Positions 62,643 through 64,000 of a DNA stretch of 64,000 bases are shown here, piece by piece. Every line of letters starts with the position of its first letter. Positions within the stretch are counted from its first letter, which is position 1. The notes beneath the pieces were generated by a model that saw only the letters and a list, made by a program, of their open reading frames with translations, searched no databases and was not told the DNA's origin. The stretch is from the IMG/VR virus record IMGVR_UViG_3300049811_000692, positions 1 to 64,000 of that record, one strand, 5' to 3'. The position numbers and the translations under genes are program-made. The DNA is from a virus.

Positions 62643-62707
62643 CCCCATTTCCGAGGGCGGGCGCGAGTTTCCCGCGCGCGCGTTGTGAAGGGTGTTGTGA
62701 TGGAGAT

Positions 62708-62868
62708 TCCTTCCTCTTCTCTCCTCTCCTCTCCTCTCCGTCGGTGATCGATCACCGACATGTCGGTGATCCAACACCGACCGCTCGGTGTTCGCTCGGT
62801 GTTCTGTCGGTGCTCAAACACCGATTTTTTCGCATGATTTGGAGAACAAGCCATTGAAACGACAAAAA
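62708..62868. repeat. Origin-like region: (CTCCT)n tract, eight phased TCGGTG/CACCGA boxes and an AT-rich flank
   Basis: Boxes start at 62741, 62753, 62763, 62775, 62785, 62796, 62807 and 62819. Confidence 0.7.
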
Positions 62869-62890
62869 CCCCGCCGGTTTCCCGGCGGGG
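62864..62890 (-). terminator. Intrinsic terminator (leftward)
   Basis: A5 then ccccgccgg-tttc-ccggcgggg. Confidence 0.75.
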
Positions 62891-63155
62891 GCCTTGTCAA
62901 AGCACCAGCGCTCCAATGGCGCCGCTGAGGGTCATCCCCAAAAAAACGGCGCCGGCAGCGAGGGCCAGGAGGGCCATCCACTGCCGAGCCGCCTCGGGCA
63001 CCGCGCCAAGCAACGCGCGGGCCGCGGAGCGCGGCGCCTGAGGAAATCGGGACGCCCGCCACAAGATCATGGGGAGTTGCCTTTCTGTCTTTCGCCCCGG
63101 CCTGGGGCGCAGCGGGCCGGCGCACCTGCGCCGGCAAGCCGACCGACCCAGCGGG

Positions 63156-63764
63156 TCAGTCGGGGAGCTCGATGTCGCCCCACGCTTCGGGGCCTTCTTC
63201 GTGAACCTCGATGCTGTCGCGATCGATGTCGAAGGAGGCCTCGTCGATCTGGCGGCAGACGTTGTGGAGCATCATCTCGAGCAGCTGCTCGGTGAAGGCC
63301 GGATTTGTGCGGATGGCGTCAAGGACGCGACGCTCGGCCTCCTTCTCGGAGAAGGCGCGCACCAGCACGAAGGCTTCCGGCTGGAAGCCATCGTCGGCCA
63401 TCACGCGCACCGTGTAGGGGATGCGAAGGTCGTCCTCGTCATCTTCAGCGCCGGCACCCTCGAACGGGTCCGTGCCGTCGCCCCCGATCCCGTCCTTGCG
63501 GGCGATCGCGGAGATGTCGTGCAGGTGGACCGAGGGGCCGATGAAGCTCTGCATCGAATGCCCCTCGAGCCGAGGGTCGTGCGAGGCGACGTAGTGCAGG
63601 ACCGCCTCGTCCGCGCGCTGGTAGCGCACGACGAGCGGCTGCGGAGACAGCACGCACGCCAGGGCGGCGAGCGTGCCGGCCGGGCAGGCGTTACGGAGGT
63701 AGGACTGGTATGAGCAGCTTCTCCCCGTCGCCGTGACCCGGTCGTAGTAGGTGACCATCAGCAT
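63156..63764 (-). CDS. Hypothetical acidic protein
   Basis: 202-aa ORF with good codon usage and a purine-rich RBS. Confidence 0.65.
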   Translation of the reverse strand: MLMVTYYDRVTATGRSCSYQSYLRNACPAGTLAALACVLSPQPLVVRYQRADEAVLHYVASHDPRLEGHSMQSFIGPSVHLHDISAIARKDGIGGDGTDPFEGAGAEDDEDDLRIPYTVRVMADDGFQPEAFVLVRAFSEKEAERRVLDAIRTNPAFTEQLLEMMLHNVCRQIDEASFDIDRDSIEVHEEGPEAWGDIELPD

Positions 63765-63837
63765 GGCGGATGGGTCTCTTCGGCCCCGGGCAGGGGGCCG
63801 CGACTGGCCGCCCCAGGGTGGGGCGGCGGAACCCGGC

Positions 63838-63999
63838 TCACGCCGGGCTGGAGGGCTTCTTCAGCGCCTCCCGCAGCTTCTCGCCGCGCAGGATGGTGGT
63901 GGAGCCCGGCAGGATCCCCTCGAAGGGCACGGGATGGGGCGGGAACTCGCCCGGGCGGTCCTTGTAGGCCGACCGAATCAGGTCGCCGAGCTCGTTCAT
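63838..63999 (-). CDS. Hypothetical protein, may extend past the window edge
   Basis: MNELGDLIRSAYKDRPGEFPPHPVPFEGILPGSTTILRGEKLREALKKPSSPA*. Confidence 0.45.
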   Translation of the reverse strand: MNELGDLIRSAYKDRPGEFPPHPVPFEGILPGSTTILRGEKLREALKKPSSPA

Positions 64000-64000
64000 G

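Overview
The window is part of one very GC-rich temperate siphovirus genome (lambda-like L/K/I/J tail tip, HK97-type protease). The host is probably an alphaproteobacterium (GcrA-like gene). An integrase sits beside the 3' half of tRNA-Lys(CTT) with phage genes on both sides, so this looks like the excised attP form. Layout: 1-8.9 kb small accessory genes (DUF1653, Gp37/Gp68, DUF1643, ASCH-like); 8.9-27.4 kb an unusually expanded head module; 27.4-46.7 kb neck, tail tube, G/GT chaperone frameshift, tape measure with lysozyme and M/L/K/I/J; 46.7-55.3 kb spike/fibre genes and holin-like genes; 55.3-64 kb leftward early genes (int, xis, GcrA-like, YfdQ/P-like, ERF, YqaJ) and an origin-like repeat array. 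No terminase, endolysin or repressor is recognisable here. The most striking observation is about 13 kb between portal and scaffold that encodes apparent polyproteins. They are built from swappable modules (Gly/Ala helix pairs around variable cationic cores, an ART-like domain, MuF, the protease itself), separated by L-x-K linkers and headed by two recurring leader motifs. This suggests a protease-released capsid cargo system (inference). Three families of conserved intergenic motifs are also visible. All family calls come from motif recognition by eye; no database search was run.
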